64,000 nucleotides of DNA. Origin: Mustelus asterias. Taxonomy: Eukaryota. The notes beneath the pieces are model-generated. The model did not search any database. It saw nothing but the letters and a program-made list of their open reading frames with translations, and was not told the origin of the DNA. The position numbers were made by a program, and so were the translations under genes. This document shows, piece by piece, positions 12,468-26,089 of the stretch (within the stretch, counting starts at the first letter, position 1; the number at the start of each line of letters is the position of its first letter). The stretch is taken from positions 62,001 through 126,000 of the forward strand of contig NW_027590284.1 of the NCBI RefSeq assembly GCF_964213995.1, written 5' to 3'.

Positions 12468-13297
12468 TCACTTGTGAATTCGCTGGTGTCTTAGCAGGTG
12501 AGACGACCGTTTAAATCTATTCCCACAGTCAGAGCAGCTGAACGGCCTCTCCCCAGTGTGAACTCGCTGGTGTGTGAGCAGATTGGAGATCTGAGTAAAT
12601 CCCTTCCCGCACACAGAGCAGGTGAATGGCCTCTCCCCAGTGTGAACTCGCTGGTGTGCCAACAGGGTGGATGAATGACTGAAACCCTTCCCGCACACAG
12701 GGTGACTCCCCAGTGTGAACTCGCTGGTGTATTAGCAGTTGGGATGATGTTCTAAATCTCTTCACGCAGTAAGAGCAGCTGAACGGTCTGTCCTCAGTGT
12801 GAATGCGCTGGTGGCCCATCAGAGTCTGAGAGCTTTTGAAGCTACGCTCACAGTCAGAGCATTTAAACGGTCTCTCATTCGTGTGGGTGACACGGTGTGT
12901 CTGCAGGGTGGATGAATGACTGAATCCCTTCCCACACACACAGCAGGTGAACGGCCTCTCCCCAGAGTGAACTCGCTGGTGCCTCCACAGGGTGGAACGA
13001 TCACTGAATCCTTTCCCACAGTCTGAGCAGGCGAAAGGTCTCTCCCCGGTGTGAACTCGCTGGTGCGTCAGCAGGCTGGATAACTGAGTGAATCCTTTCT
13101 CACACACAGAGCAGGTGAACGGCCTCTCCCCAGAGTGAACTCGCTGGTGTCTCAGCAGGGTGGTTGATATACTGAATCCCTTCCTACACACGGAGCAGGT
13201 GAACGGCCTCTCCCCAGTATGAATTCGCCAGTGTGTCCAGTGCAGATGGGCACTGGAATCCCTTCCCACAGTCCCCACACTTCCATGGTGTCTCCAT
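12468..13297 (-). pseudogene. Type-B C2H2 ZNF, ~10 fingers, frameshifted in finger 1 and near 12700
   Basis: ATG GAG ACA CCA TGG AAG TGT at 13297; fingers are split between ORFs 12529-13350 and 12468-12698. Confidence 0.8.
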
Positions 13298-14169
13298 GGT
13301 GCCAGTGTCCTTTCGATAATCAGTCGATTCCACATCCAAGTACAGAACACGTGTACAGTTTCTCCTTGCTGTGAATGGGGTGACGTTTTTCAGGCTGTGT
13401 TACTGGTTGAAGCTCTTTCCACAGTCAGTTCACTGGAACACTCTCACTCAAGTGTGTGGGGTCTCCATTCTTGTCCAGTCACACTGATGTTTGAAATCTT
13501 TTCCCACAGACAGAACAAACAAACATTTCTTCTCATACATTCAAACGGCAATTATATTCAGGTCCTGATGAATCCAGTGACTTTGTAACATCTTGTTGTG
13601 ACGTTTGGTGTGAGATTTCAGTCTGTAAATTCTCTCCTTCTAATATCCTGTTTATAGAAGTTATCAGTGTAAGTATAGAACTGAAATTCAAAACAGACCA
13701 TTCTAGTTTCCATGGAATATTCTTTGCTTTCTCATTCCCTAAAGTTGTAAATCTCCATCCCACACACCCTCCCCCCATTGTCATACTGCTGTATCTCATA
13801 CACACCCTCCCAATTCTCCTGAAGGTGCTGATTCAGGCTGATTGACAGACCCATGCTCCTGTCCAGTACAAAGAGACCTGAAAATCTTCATGCAGGCGGC
13901 TACCCAATGTCCACATTACTAAACATATCATTGATCAGCAATAGAAAGGAGATGTGAGGACCAATTTTATTCACGAGTGGTCACGACCTGACCTCACTGC
14001 TTCTGTGCATGGTGGAATCAGAAATGATCAATGATTTGAAAAATAAATCAGATAGGTGTGAAGGAATTAAAAAGGGAACAGAGTTATGGAGGGGAAATGG
14101 GACTGAGTGGATTGATGTACAGAGAGTCAGCATGGACTTCTTCCAACTACCACTGGAATATATACAAAA

Positions 14170-15722
14170 TTTCAGGCAATGTAGTGGAAGACACGCCCTG
14201 TCTACATCAACGGTGACAAAGTGGAAATGGTTGAGAGCTCAAGTTTCTCGGTGTTCAGATCACAACAACCTGTCCTGGTCCCTCGAAACTGCTGCTTTAG
14301 TTAAGAAAGCCCACCAACGCCTCGACTTTCTCAGGAGGCTAAGGAAATTCGACATGCCAACATGTCAGCTACGACTCTCACCAATTTTTACAGGGACACC
14401 ACAAAAAGCATCCCATCCAGCTGTATCACAGCTTGGTATTGCTGCTGCTCTGACCAAGAGCGCAAGAAGCTACAAGGGGTGCGAATGTGGCCCAGTCCAT
14501 CACGCAAATCAGCCTCTTATCCATTGACACTGTCTACATTTCCTATTGCCTCAGAAAAGCAGCCAGCATAATCAAGGACCCCACGTATCCTGGACATTCT
14601 CTTTTCTCTCTTCTTCCGTCGGGAAAAAGATACAAAAGTCTGAGGTCACACACCAACTGACTCAAGAACAGGTTCTTCCCTGCTGCCACCAGACTTTTAC
14701 AAACAAAGAACAAAGAAAATTACAGCACAGGAACAGGCCCTTCGACCTTTCAAGCCTGCACCGACCATGCTGCCCAACTGAACTAAAACCCCCTACCCTT
14801 CCGGGAACCATATCCCTCCATTCCCATCCTATTCATGTATTTGTCAAGATGCCCCTTAAAAGTCACTGTCATATCTGCTTCCACTATCTCCCCCGGCAGC
14901 AAGTTCCAGGCACCCACCACCCTCTGTGTAAAAAACCTGCCTCATACATCTCCATTAAACCTTGCCCCTCACACATTAAACTTGTGTCCCCTAGTAAGTG
15001 ACTCTTCCATCCTGGGAAAAACTTTCTGATATCCACTCTGTCCATGCGGCATGGTAGCATAGTGGTTCGCACCACTGCTTCACAGCTCCAGGGACCCGGG
15101 TTCGATTCCCGGCTTTGGTTACTGTCTGTGTGGAGTTTGCACATTCTCCTCGTGTCTGCGTGGGTTTCCTCCCACAGTCCAAAGATGTGCAGGTTAGGTT
15201 GATTGGCCGTGCTAAAATTGCCCCTTAGTGTCCCAAGATGCGTAGGTTAGAGGGATTAATGGGTAAATATGTAGGGATGTGGGGGTAGGGCCTGGGTGGG
15301 ATTGTGGTTGATGCAGACTCGATGGGCCAAATGGCCTCTTTCTGCACTGTTGTGTTTCTATGATTCTGCGCCCCTCATAATCTTGTAGACTTCTGTCAGG
15401 TCGCCCCTCAACCTCCATCGTTCCAGTGAGAACAAACCAAGTTTCTCCAACCTCTCCTCATAACTAGTGCCCTCCATACCAGGCAACATCCTGGTAAATC
15501 TTTTCTGTACCCTCTCCAAAGCCTCCTCCTTTTGAATGGACCTACCTCATATTAAGCTGATCTTTCTCTTCACCCTTTCTGTAACTGTCACACTATATTC
15601 TGCACTCTCTCCTTTCCTACTCCCCTATGTACTCTATGAACAATATGCTTTGTCTGTATACCGCGCAAGAAACAATACTTTTCACTGTATCCCAATACAT
15701 GTGACAATAAATCAAATCAAAC
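14170..15722 (+). mobile_element. Rex1/Babar-like LINE 3' end with nested CR1 3' fragment (-, ~14700-15530) and HE1 SINE (+, 15045-15368)
   Basis: KKAHQRLDFLRRLRKF..TLTNFYR..CITAWY..RKKLQ; tail ACAATAAATCAAATCAAA; the host sequence resumes after the inserts (cagacttt / tttgaatggacct). Confidence 0.75.
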
Positions 15723-15769
15723 CCATTGCTGCATTTCCTTCCTGAAGCCACATTTGTCCAGTGGGGCCT

Positions 15770-16560
15770 GGCCCCGGGAGAAAGCGCTGCAGCTGCCGTT
15801 GTGTTGGGTGTTGAGGCGGTGCCGCTAGTTCCTTATTGGGGGTGTTGAAGCCTCCAATGGGTGTGTGGAGCCTCCCCTCCCACCCACTACCCCTAACGCT
15901 GCCTCCGCTTATCCGCCTCCTTCCCGCCTGAATATTTCTGCCCGGTTTTGAACTGGGAACTTTGCGCGTGTGAGGTGAACGTGATAACCACTACACTACA
16001 GAAACGGGTGACTCCTTCCCGCCTGACGATCAGACAAACAAGCGCCTGTACCTGGACATGAGCCGCACTGCGCATGCCCAACGTCACAATGCCCGGGGAC
16101 TGATTGACGGCGGCTCCGGGCCAATAGGGAAAGGGGGCGGGGCTGGAGGACTGAGCGGGAGAGGCTGGTCCTCCAACCAGAGTGAATAGGGGAGGGGTCT
16201 GAAGCATGCGCAGTGCGGGTAATGGCGGCGGACGGACGGTTTTAACTTGGAGCCGAGATCAGTTCAAGGTAGAGAACGGCGCGCAGGGAGCGATGAATGT
16301 GGCGGGTGGGTGGAGAGGCTTCGTAAACATGTTGTTCAAATCCAAACTTCGGAAAATAACTTCTCGGGCGTCCTGTTGGTACCAAATTGGAGGCAACTTG
16401 TCGTGTTGGGCCTGGGCTGACGGCCGCCAATCTGTCGTTGGCAATGTCCATCAGTGCGCATGTGCGGCCGGCATCTTTGTCAGGGGCGAAGTGTCGCAGC
16501 GGGCAGGCGCGGAAGCCATATTTGTAGGGGGCAGCAGGGCGCAGGAGCGGCGACCTTTGT
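15770..16560. promoter_or_regulatory. CpG island, probable bidirectional promoter between the 12468(-) and 20837(+) ZNFs
   Basis: High CpG density; NRF1-like TGCGCATGC (16069, 16204, 16455), CCAAT (16121), GC box (16133), GCGGAAG. Confidence 0.7.
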
Positions 16561-16855
16561 GACCTGAACCCCCTGCAGTACATGTGGTGTTGGTACATCC
16601 ACACTGCTGGTAGGGAGGGAATTCCAGCATTTTGTCCCAGCGACTGCGAAGGAATTGCGATGTATTTCCAAGTCAGGATGGTGAGTGACTTGGAGGGGAG
16701 TTTGCAGCTGGTGGTGTTCCCATGCCTCTGTTGCCTTTGTCCTTTTAGATGGAAGTGGTTGTGTGTTTGGAAGGTGCTGTCTAAGGACCTTTGGTGAATT
16801 CTTGCAGTGCGTCTTGTAGATAGTACACACGGCTGCCACTGAGCTTCGGTGAGAG
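16560..16855 (-). mobile_element. CR1/L2-group LINE C-terminal fragment
   Basis: AAVCTIYKTHC...SFAVAGTKCWNSLP, typical of a LINE ORF2 end; smaller copies at 4620-4705 and 49515-49600. Confidence 0.6.
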
Positions 16856-16879
16856 GAACTTGTTCCCCATTGTTCAGAA

Positions 16880-18970
16880 TGGAGACAACTTGTCCATCAA
16901 ACTGCATAAACCCTGTAAGGATGAAGAATAAGTATGGCAAGTTTTGGGACCCTTGGATAACAAGTGATATTGTGAGCTGAGTCAAAGAGAAAAAGGAAGC
17001 ATTTGTCAAGGCTAGGAGGCTGGGAACACACAAAGCAAGTGTGGAATATAAAGAAATTAGAAAGAAACTTAAGCAAGGAGTGAGGAGGGATAAAAGGGGT
17101 CATGAAAAATCATTGGCCAGCAGGATTAAGGAAAATTCCAAGGCTTTTTATACATATATAAAGAGCAAGAGGGTAGCCAGGGAGAGGGTTGGCCCACTCA
17201 AGGACAAGGGAGGGAATCTATGCATGGAGCCAGAGGAAATGGGCGAGGTATTAAATTAGTACTTTGCGTCAGTATTCACCAAAGAGAAGGACTTGGTGGG
17301 TGATGAATCCGGGAAAGGGTGTGTAGATAGTTTGAGTCATGTTGAGATCAAGAAGGAGGTGGTATTGGGACTCTTGAGAAACATTAAGGTCGACAAGTCC
17401 CCAGGGCCTGATGGGATATACCCCAAAATACTGAGAGAAGCAAGGGAGGAAATTGCTGGGACCTTGAGAGAAATCTTTGTATCCTCACTGGCTACAGGGG
17501 AGGTCCCAGCGGATTGGAGAATAGCCAATGTTGTTCCTTTGTTTAAGAAGGGTAGCAAGAATAATCCAGGTAATTACAGGCCGGTGAGCCTTACATCAGT
17601 GGTAGGGAAATTATTGGAGAGGATTCTTCAAGATAGGATTTACTCCCACTTGGAAATAAGTGGACTTATTAGCAAGAGGCAACCTGGTTTTGTGAAGGGG
17701 AGGTCAGGTCTCTCTAACTTGATCGGGTTTTTCGAGGAAGTGACGAAGATGATTAATGAGGGTAGGGCAGTGGATGTTGTCTACATGGAGTTCAGAAAGG
17801 CCTTTGACAAGGTCCCTCATGGCAGACTGGTGCAGAAAGTGAAGTCACATGGGATCAGAGTGAGCTGGCAAGGTGGATACAGAACTGGCTTGGTCATAGA
17901 TGACAGAGGGTAGCAGTGGAAGGGTGCATTTCTGAATGGAGGGCTGTGACAAGTAGCGTTCATCGGGGATCAGTGCTGGGACCTTTGCTGTTCATATATA
18001 TATATATATATATATGATTTAGAAGAAAATGTAACTGGTTTGATTAGTAAGTTTGCGGATGACACAAAGTTTGGTGGATTTGTGGATTGCGATGAGGACC
18101 ATCAGAGGAAACAGCAGAATATAGATCGGTCGGAGACTTGGGCGGACAGATGGCAGATGGAGTTTAATCCGGACAAATGTGAGGTAATGCATTTTGGAAA
18201 GTTTAATAAAGATAGGAAATGTACAGTAAATGGCAGAACCCTTAAGAGTATCGATAGGCAGAGGGATCTGGGTGTACAGGTACACAGGTCACTGAAAGTG
18301 GCAACGCATGTGGAGAAGGTAGTCAAGAAGACATGCGGCATGCGTATGTCTTCATCGACCGGGGCATTGAGTTTTAAAAATTGGCAAGTCATGTTGCAGC
18401 TTTATAGAACCTTAGTTAGGCAGCACTTGGAATCTAGTGTTCAATTCTGGTCGCCACACTACCCGAAGGGTGTGGAGGTTTTGGAGAGGGTACAGAAAAG
18501 ATTTACCAGGATGTTGCCTGGTGTGGAGGGCATTAGCTACGAGGAGAGGTTGGAGAAACTTGGTTTTGTTCTCAATGGAACGACAGAGGTTGAGGAGTGA
18601 CCTGATAGAAGTCGACAAGATTGAGGGGCATGGACAGAGTGGATAGTCAGAAGCTTTTTCTCAGGGTGGAAGAGTCAAATACTGGGGGGCACAGGTTGAA
18701 GGTGTGAGGGGCAAGGTTTAAAGGAGATGTACGATGCAAGGTTTTTACAGAGGGTGGTGGGTGCCTGGAACTTGCTGCCGGGGGAGGTAATGGAAGCAGA
18801 TACGATAGTGAGTTTTAAGGGGCATCTGGATAAATACATGAATAGGATGGGAATAGAGGGATATGATCCCCGGAAGGATAAGGGATTTTAGTTCAGTTGG
18901 GCAGCATGGTCGGTGCAGGCTTGGAGGGCCAAAGGGCCTGTTCCTGTGCAGTATTTTTCTTTGTTCTTTG
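16880..18970 (+). mobile_element. CR1/HER1-like LINE, 5'-truncated, RT domain frameshifted
   Basis: KSPGPDGIYP, NYRPVSLTS, KAFDKVPH, GSVLGPLLF, KFADDTK, WQMEFNPDKC; CR1 3' UTR GGGCCAAAGGGCCTGTTCCTGTGC; (TA)n at 17994-18015. Confidence 0.95.
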
Positions 18971-19326
18971 CTCTCTGAGTCCCACTGTCTTATTGATCAG
19001 ACAGAGCGGTGGCAGCGCAGGAAAGAAAAGGAAACAAATCCTGCTCTCCGAATCCCACTCCCTCATGGAACGTCCTAGCATCATAGAATTCCTACAGAGC
19101 AGAAGGAGGCCATTTGGCTATCGAGGCTGCATCAACTACAATCCCATCAAGGACCTATCCCCATAACCCCATACATTTACCCTGGCTAGTCCCCCTGACA
19201 GTAAGGGACAATTTAGCATGGCCAATCCACCTAATCCGGACATCTTTTTGGCTAAGTATTTATAGATCTGTGGGTTTGTTCAGTCACATGAAGAACCATG
19301 GTGAAACTCACGACCCTAAGTAGACG

Positions 19327-20325
19327 CGAGCATCACGGTGGCACAGTGGTTAGCACTTCTGCCTCACAGTGCCAGGGATCCAGTTTCCGTTCCTGGCTTG
19401 GGTGACTTAAGTTAATTTATTTATTAGTGTCACAAGTAAGCTTACTTTAACACTGCAAATTAATTACTGTGAAATTCTGTGGAGTTCATACGTTCTCCTC
19501 GCATCTGTGTGGGTTTCCTCCGGGTGCTCCAGTTTCCCCCCCACAGTCCGAAGATGTGCAGGTTAGGTGGATTGACCATGATAAATTTCCCCTTAGTTTC
19601 CCAAGATGTGGAGATAAGGGGACTTGGCTAAGATAAATCTGTGAGGCTACGGGGATAGCTCATAGAATCATAGAGGTTTACAGCATGGAAACAGGCCCTT
19701 CGGCCCAATTTGTCCATGCCGCCCTTTTTTTTAAAACCCCTAAGCCAGTCCCAATTGCCTGCATTTGGCCCATATCCCTCTATACCCATCTTACCCATGG
19801 AACTGTCTAAACGCTTTTTAAAAGACAAAATTGTACCCGCCTCTACTACTACCTCTGGCAGCTAGTTCCAGACACTCACCACCCTCTGCGTGAAAAAATT
19901 GCCCCTCTGGACCCTTTTGTATCTCTCCCCTCTCACCTTTAACCTATGCCCTCTCGTTTTAGATTCCCCTACCTTTGGGAAAAGATATTATCGATCTAGC
20001 TGATCTATGCCCCTCATTATTTTATAGACCTCTATAAGACCACCCTTCTGCTTCCTACGCTCCAGAGAAAAAAGTCCCAGTCTATCCAGCCTCTCCTTCT
20101 AACTCAAACCACCAAGTCCCGTTAGCATCCGAGTAAATCATTCTTCCTAGTTTAATAATATCCTTTCTATAATAGGGTGACCAGAACTGTACACAGTATT
20201 CCAAGTGTGGGCCTTACCAATGTCTTGAGTGGGCAAGAGGGCCTGGGTAAAGTACTCTGTCAGAGAGTCAGTGTCGACTCAATGGGTCGAATGGCCTCCT
20301 CCTGCACTGTAGGGATTCGATGATG
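19327..20325 (+). mobile_element. HE1 SINE split by a reversed CR1 3' fragment (19660-20226) and a reversed alternative SINE tail (~19410-19475)
   Basis: HE1 head at 19335; the body resumes at 20228 with GGGCCTGGG..GAATGGCCTCC..CACTGTAGGGATT. Confidence 0.75.
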
Positions 20326-20836
20326 ATAAATATCATCCTCAAATTGAGGGACTGTTGACAATGACGACAATCAAGGCGCAACAGGGAGTTAGTGTGGATA
20401 TCCTGGTCTTAGGAGAATCTGTTAAAATCCTGGTTTATTTGTACAAATATAAAATCCCTCTCCTCTGTTCTGCTCCCAAATCCTCTCTCACTTTCCTCCC
20501 CTCAAAGAGGACAGAGTCTTGTGAAGACCCAGACCGTGTGGCAGCTTCCCTTCCCTGAAGAACATCAGTGAGTCAGTTGTGTTTTATATGACAATCCAGC
20601 AGTTTTTATGGTCACTCTTTCCCAGTGCCGGCCCCACAAATTACTGCATTCATTCAGCTCCATTTCACAACCTGTTTTTGTGGGTTCTCTCTCACTCACT
20701 CTTTTCTGTTTTAAATCAGTTTTATAGGGTCTTCAAAGGGGAAGGTTTGTATTCGGGAGACGGGAAACCAAACATCACATCAGGATCTGACAAAGTTGCC
20801 CAAGTTATTGTAATTGAATATCATCGAGTATTGAAC

Positions 20837-21592
20837 ATGGAAGGAAAAAGCACCGTTCAGAGTGGGGAGAAACCGTACACCTGTTCTGTGTGTGGACGAG
20901 GCTTCAGTCGATCCTCAGGCTTGTCGCAACATAAATGTCTTCACACTTGGAAGGAGTCATTTTGTTCCCCATCTGAGCTGGAAATCCATCAACGCACTAA
21001 CGCTGAGAAACCTTTCACTTGCTCCGAGTGTGGGAAGGGATTCAGTGATTTATCCAGCCTGCTGAGACACCGGCGAGTTCACACTGGGGAGAGGCCATTC
21101 AGCTGTACTGTGTGTGGGAAAGGATTCAATGATTTATCCAACCTGTTGAAGCACCAGCGAGTTCACGCTTTGGAGAAACCATTCACCTGCCCCAAGTGTG
21201 GGAAAGGATTCACTGATTCATCCAACATGTTGAGACATCAGCGAGTTCACGCAGACAAGAGACCATTTAAATGTCAGGAGTGTGGGAAGGGCTTTAAAGG
21301 TTCTGAGGATCTGATGTGCCATCAGCGAGTTCACTCTGACGAGAGACCTTTCCAATGTCTGGACTGTGGGAAGTGTTATAAAAGACGCTGGGATCTGATT
21401 TGCCATCAGCGAGTTCACTCTGACGAGATACCGTTCAGGTGCTCCAGCTGTGGGGCTGGGTTCAGGCAGTCAACTGAACTCACTGTACACCAGCGCACTC
21501 ACACCAAGAAAAGACCATTCACCTGCTCCGAATGTGGAAAGGGATTCACTCGGTCATCCTACCTGCTGAGACACCAGCAACTTCATGTGTAA
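20837..21592 (+). CDS. Type-A C2H2 ZNF, 8 intact fingers plus one partly deleted finger
   Basis: ttgaacATGgaag start ([16 protein letters not shown]); acceptor tttatag/g near 20727; family 3' UTR follows. Confidence 0.85.
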   Translation: MEGKSTVQSGEKPYTCSVCGRGFSRSSGLSQHKCLHTWKESFCSPSELEIHQRTNAEKPFTCSECGKGFSDLSSLLRHRRVHTGERPFSCTVCGKGFNDLSNLLKHQRVHALEKPFTCPKCGKGFTDSSNMLRHQRVHADKRPFKCQECGKGFKGSEDLMCHQRVHSDERPFQCLDCGKCYKRRWDLICHQRVHSDEIPFRCSSCGAGFRQSTELTVHQRTHTKKRPFTCSECGKGFTRSSYLLRHQQLHV

Positions 21593-21789
21593 CTACAGTG
21601 ACTGGATTTTGCTGTGAATCACATCCAGGACTGAACCGTGTTCATTGGGGTCTGTTTCTGCTCCTATTTCTAAACTCCAGCCCAGTTACAGGGGCTAATA
21701 TTTTTGCTTTGAAAAAATAGTTTGTGTAAAGTACACTGTGCTGAATCTTTTAAATAGCTGTTACAAGTTAGTTCCTGTTAAAATTCTCA

Positions 21790-23390
21790 CCCCCTCCCCT
21801 GTCTCCTACATCCTCACCTCCAACAACAAGTGTGAGGAGCTCAAAGAGCTTTTTGTCACTAAGATTGAGGCAATCTGATCAGCTGCCTCTGCTGCTTCCC
21901 TCTCACACTCGGCCAAACTGTCCTCCACTAAGTCTGGAACTCGCATCTTTTTCCAGTTTCCCTCCCATCTCTCCCTTATGTCCTGTCGGACTCAGCTTGT
22001 CCATGACATTCCCCCCCACCCCCCACTCTGTTCCATTGACCTTATTCCTACGAAGCTGTTGACCATTCACCTCCTCCATATTAATCAATACTCTTTACAG
22101 TTCTCATTCTCTTCTCGTCCGAGCCTTCTCACCTTTAAATCCATTGTCACCACACACTCTGAAAAAACAATCTTTGACCTCCTCTCCAACCTCCTTTTCC
22201 TCTCCAAAGCCCCTGAACTTTGTGTCCCCCGAGGATCTATCCTTGGCCCCTCCTATTTCCCATCTACAAGCTGCCACTAGGTGACATCATCCAAAAGCAC
22301 TGTGTTGGTTTTCACCTGTACACTGACAACACCCAACTCTACCTCACCCCCATCCCCCTCCATTCCTCCACTGTTACTAAATTAACAAACTGCTTATCCC
22401 ACGTACACTACTGGATGAGTAGAAATTCCTTCCAGTTAAAAATTGGGAAGATCAGTCACCACTACAATTCCCCAACTACTGAGTCCATCCCTCTCCCTGG
22501 GAACTGTCTGAGGCTGAACCACATTCTTCACAATCTCCGTGCTAGATTTGATGTCACGATGAGTTTCTGACCACATTTCCACCCCATCATTGATCCCAGA
22601 TATTTCAATCTCCATAATGTCGCCTGTCTCCACCCCACCTGCTGCTGAAACCCTCATCCATACCCGTGTTACCCTTAAACTGGATGATTCCAATCCATTC
22701 CTGACCAGCCTCTCTCACTCACCCCACCCTCACCTTAAACATGTCTTTTTTATTCATTTGTGGACCGTGGGCATCGCTGGCTGCCCAGCAATAATTCTCC
22801 ATCCCTAATTGGCCCTGGAGAGCAGTTGAGGGTCAGCCAACATTGCTGTGGGTCTGGAGTCACATGTAGGCCAGACCAGGTAAGGACAGCAGATTTCCTT
22901 CCCTGAAGGACGTTAGTGAACCAGATGGGTTTTTATAACAATCGACAATAATTTCATGATCATCAGTAGATTCTTAATTCCAGATATTTTTTATTGAATT
23001 CCAATTCCACCACCTGCCGTGGCAGGATTCGAACCCGGGTCCCCAGAACATTGACAATCGTCTAGCGACAATACCACCAGCCCATCGCCTCCCCACATTT
23101 GTGATTATCCAAAACTCTGCTGCCTGTGTGCTGTTCACCATCACATCCTGTGCTCACTGAACTACATCGGGTCCACATCAGGTAATGCATTGATTTTAAC
23201 ATTTGCATCCTTGTTTTCAAATCCCTCCACGGCCTGTCCTTCCCAATCTCTAATCTCCAATAACACACCCTCTGAGATATCTGTGCTCTTCTCATTCTGG
23301 CCACTTGAACATCTCTGATTTTAATTCTCCATCATTAATGTCTGTGTCCTGGTGTGAAGTTCTGAGATTCCCTCCCTAAACCTCTCTGTC
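21790..23390 (+). mobile_element. Decayed L2-clade LINE with a reversed SINE inserted (~22745-23092)
   Basis: [38 protein letters not shown] (YADD-like) and HITSVLTELH-type C-terminus. Confidence 0.75.
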
Positions 23391-23771
23391 CCTCCATTCC
23401 CTCCCTCCTGATTAAAGATTCTCATTAAAATCTCCCACTCCTATCAAGCTTTGGACAGTATGTGGGGTTGTCGAGCTCTCCTGAGCTGAGATTGGAGCTG
23501 ATTGAGCTGTTGGGCCTGTAGTGGACCTCGAAGAACCGCTGTCTGGAATCTTTCCTCTCAATTCACTGACTCCCAGTGTGACTCAGTATTTTGTTACAAA
23601 ATTCCTCTCAAGCACCTTGGGATGTTTTATTACATTAAACGTGTTCTATAAATACAAGTTGTTGTTGATCCCAGCAGTCAGTTTGTACACAGTAGGATTC
23701 CACAAACAGCAATCAGTCCAACTGATCAATCCATGGTGATGTTAGTTAAAACACAAATGTTGGTCTCACTG

Positions 23772-24083
23772 CACGGTGGCACAGTGGTTAGCACTGCTGC
23801 CTCGCAGCGCCAGGGACCCGGGTTCAATTCCGGCCTCAGGTCACTGTCTGTGTGGAGTTTGCACATTCTCCCTGTGTCTGTGTGGGTTTCCTCCTGGTGC
23901 TCCGGTTTCCTCCCAAAGTCCATAGATGTGTGGGTTAGGTTGATTGGCCATGGTAAATTGACCCTAGTGTCAGCGGATTTGCAGGGTGGGGTTAGGGGAT
24001 AGGGCCTGGGTGGGATTGTGGTCGGTGCAGACTCAATAGGCTGAATGGCCTCCTTCTGCACTGTAGGGATTCTACGATTCTAT
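23772..24083 (+). mobile_element. HE1 V-SINE, near full length
   Basis: GCACGGTGGCACAGTGGTTAGCACTGCTGCCTC..GGGTTCAATTCC, V-domain and GATTCTA tail. Confidence 0.9.
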
Positions 24084-24399
24084 ACAGCAGGGGAACTCCC
24101 CTGTGGACAGTGTGTGGAGTTGTTGAGCTCTCTTGAGCTGAGACTGGAGCTGATTGAACTGTTGGGCCTGTTGTGGACTTTGAAGAGCCGCTGTCTGGAA
24201 TCTTTCCTCTCAATTCACTGACTCCCAGCCGAAATTGTTCCTGATCAGTCAAATAATTAACTCTGAAATCAATCCCTATTTAATCTTTGAAGCAAAATCT
24301 ACAACCTTAAAACAGCTGTGAAAGAGAAATAAATTTCTTGTGAACTCTCAGAATATCCCAAAGTGATTCACAACGATAGATCTTGGAAGGAAGAATGAG

Positions 24400-25005
24400 G
24401 AGTGGCAGAATAAACTAAATGGGACAATTTTAAACAGAGTGCAGGAACACAATGACCAGGCAGTGGATGTAAACAAATCCTTGACTGTGACAGGACAAGT
24501 TGATCAAGCTGTTTAAAGATAAAGCTAATGGGGTCCTCGGATTATTAATGGAGACATGGATTACAAAAGTAAGGCAGTTATAGTGAATCTTTATAAATCA
24601 CAGATTAATCCTCAGCAGAAATTGTGTGTTCAATTCTGATCACTGCACTCTGGGAAAGATGTCAAGGCCTTGGAGAGGGTGCAGAGAAAATTTCCCAGAA
24701 TATCAGGGATGATGTCCTGTGGAGAGACTGGAGAAGCTGGGATTGTTCTCTTTAGAGCTGAGAAAGTTACAAAGTGATTTAATAGAGATGTGGACATTCC
24801 TGAGGCGTTTTCATCGACACGGAGAAATTGATTCAATTGGGGGAATGTTTGTAACTGCAGAACACAACTTTAAAATAATCAGCAAACAATCCAGGATGAA
24901 GATGAGGAGAGATTATTTTACTCAGTGAATGATAATGATCTGGAACACATTATCTGAATGACAGGTGGAAACAGATGCAATAGTAACTTTCAAAAGTGAT
25001 TTAGA
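24400..25005 (+). mobile_element. Old CR1 3' fragment
   Basis: ERLEKLGLFSLELRKLQSDLIE; paralogous copy at 63860-64000. Confidence 0.7.
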
Positions 25006-25910
25006 CTAATCGCACTGCTTGTGTTTGACACATTTACAAACTACTCGGTGGCCATGGCAACACACACTCCATTTGTTGGTTCAGGGAGTTGAGTGGAATT
25101 TCCATTTTAAAGTGTCATCATTCGTTGTACATCAGACCACATCTACAAACCTCTTTCTCACACTTCCAATGAAGAGGGACAAATGTGGATGGATGGATGG
25201 ATCACTTTGAGAAGTTCTTTACTGTCTAATGTGATTTTCCCTCTCAACAGACCATTTATAAACCTTATTTCTGGGATCTTACGTCAATCACTTATTCAAT
25301 TGTCCATTAGTCAGGGACATATTCCAGATAATCCGTCCTATTCCTATTGGATGTCCATGAAGTCATTTAGTGGCTCATCACTTGCTTGGACATCCTGTTC
25401 AATCTTTACTCAGACGGTTGGTTTACACGTGGGTCATGAGAACCCCACAACCCTATCAAATTCATCTTGTTTCAGGTTCTGTGCCAGTGACATGTCCTTG
25501 GCAGATATAACAGGCCGACACTGTCCTGTGTTTGTCAACCCAGGAAGCTTTCTTCATAAGTGAGAGAGATATTCCTATAATATTCAATACATTTCTAAAT
25601 ATTTTATCTCACAGTGATGCCTTACAGATCTCCGCACCTTGAGAAGGGAATAAAAGCAAAATACTGCAGAGGCTGGAATCTGAAACAAAAACAGAAAATG
25701 CTGGAAAATCTCAGTAAGTCTGACAGCATCTGTGGAGAGAGAATAGAGCCAACGTTTCGGGTCTGGATAACCCCCTGCCTTGAAACGTTGGCTCTATTCT
25801 CTCTCGGTGGTAGTCATGATGTGGAGATGCCGGCGTTGGACTGGGGTAAACACAGTAAGAGTTTTAACAACACCAGGTTAAAGTCCAACAGGTTTATTTG
25901 GTAGCAAATG

Positions 25911-25947
25911 CCATTAGCTTTCAGAGCGCTGCTCCTTCGTCAGATGG
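25911..25947 (-). ncRNA. Minimal type I hammerhead ribozyme motif
   Basis: CCAT-CTGACGA-AGGAGC-AGC-GCTCT-GAAA-GC-TA-ATGG: catalytic core, stem II and stem I (CCAT/ATGG). Confidence 0.8.
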
Positions 25948-26089
25948 AGTGGATATCTGCTCATAAACAAGGCGTTCAGAGACACAAACTCAAGTTACAG
26001 AATACTGATTAGAATGCGAATCTTTACAGCTAATCAACTCTTAAAGATACAGACAATGTGAGTGGTGAGAGCATTAGGTCACGGTACCT

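Noticed and set aside
14009-15001. Long ORFs (172 and 151 aa) as host genes
   Set aside because: They run through Rex1-like and CR1 fragments and cross insertion boundaries.
16242-17033. 263-aa minus-strand ORF
   Set aside because: It is a chimera of antisense CR1, another LINE fragment and GC-rich promoter DNA, with no coherent domain.
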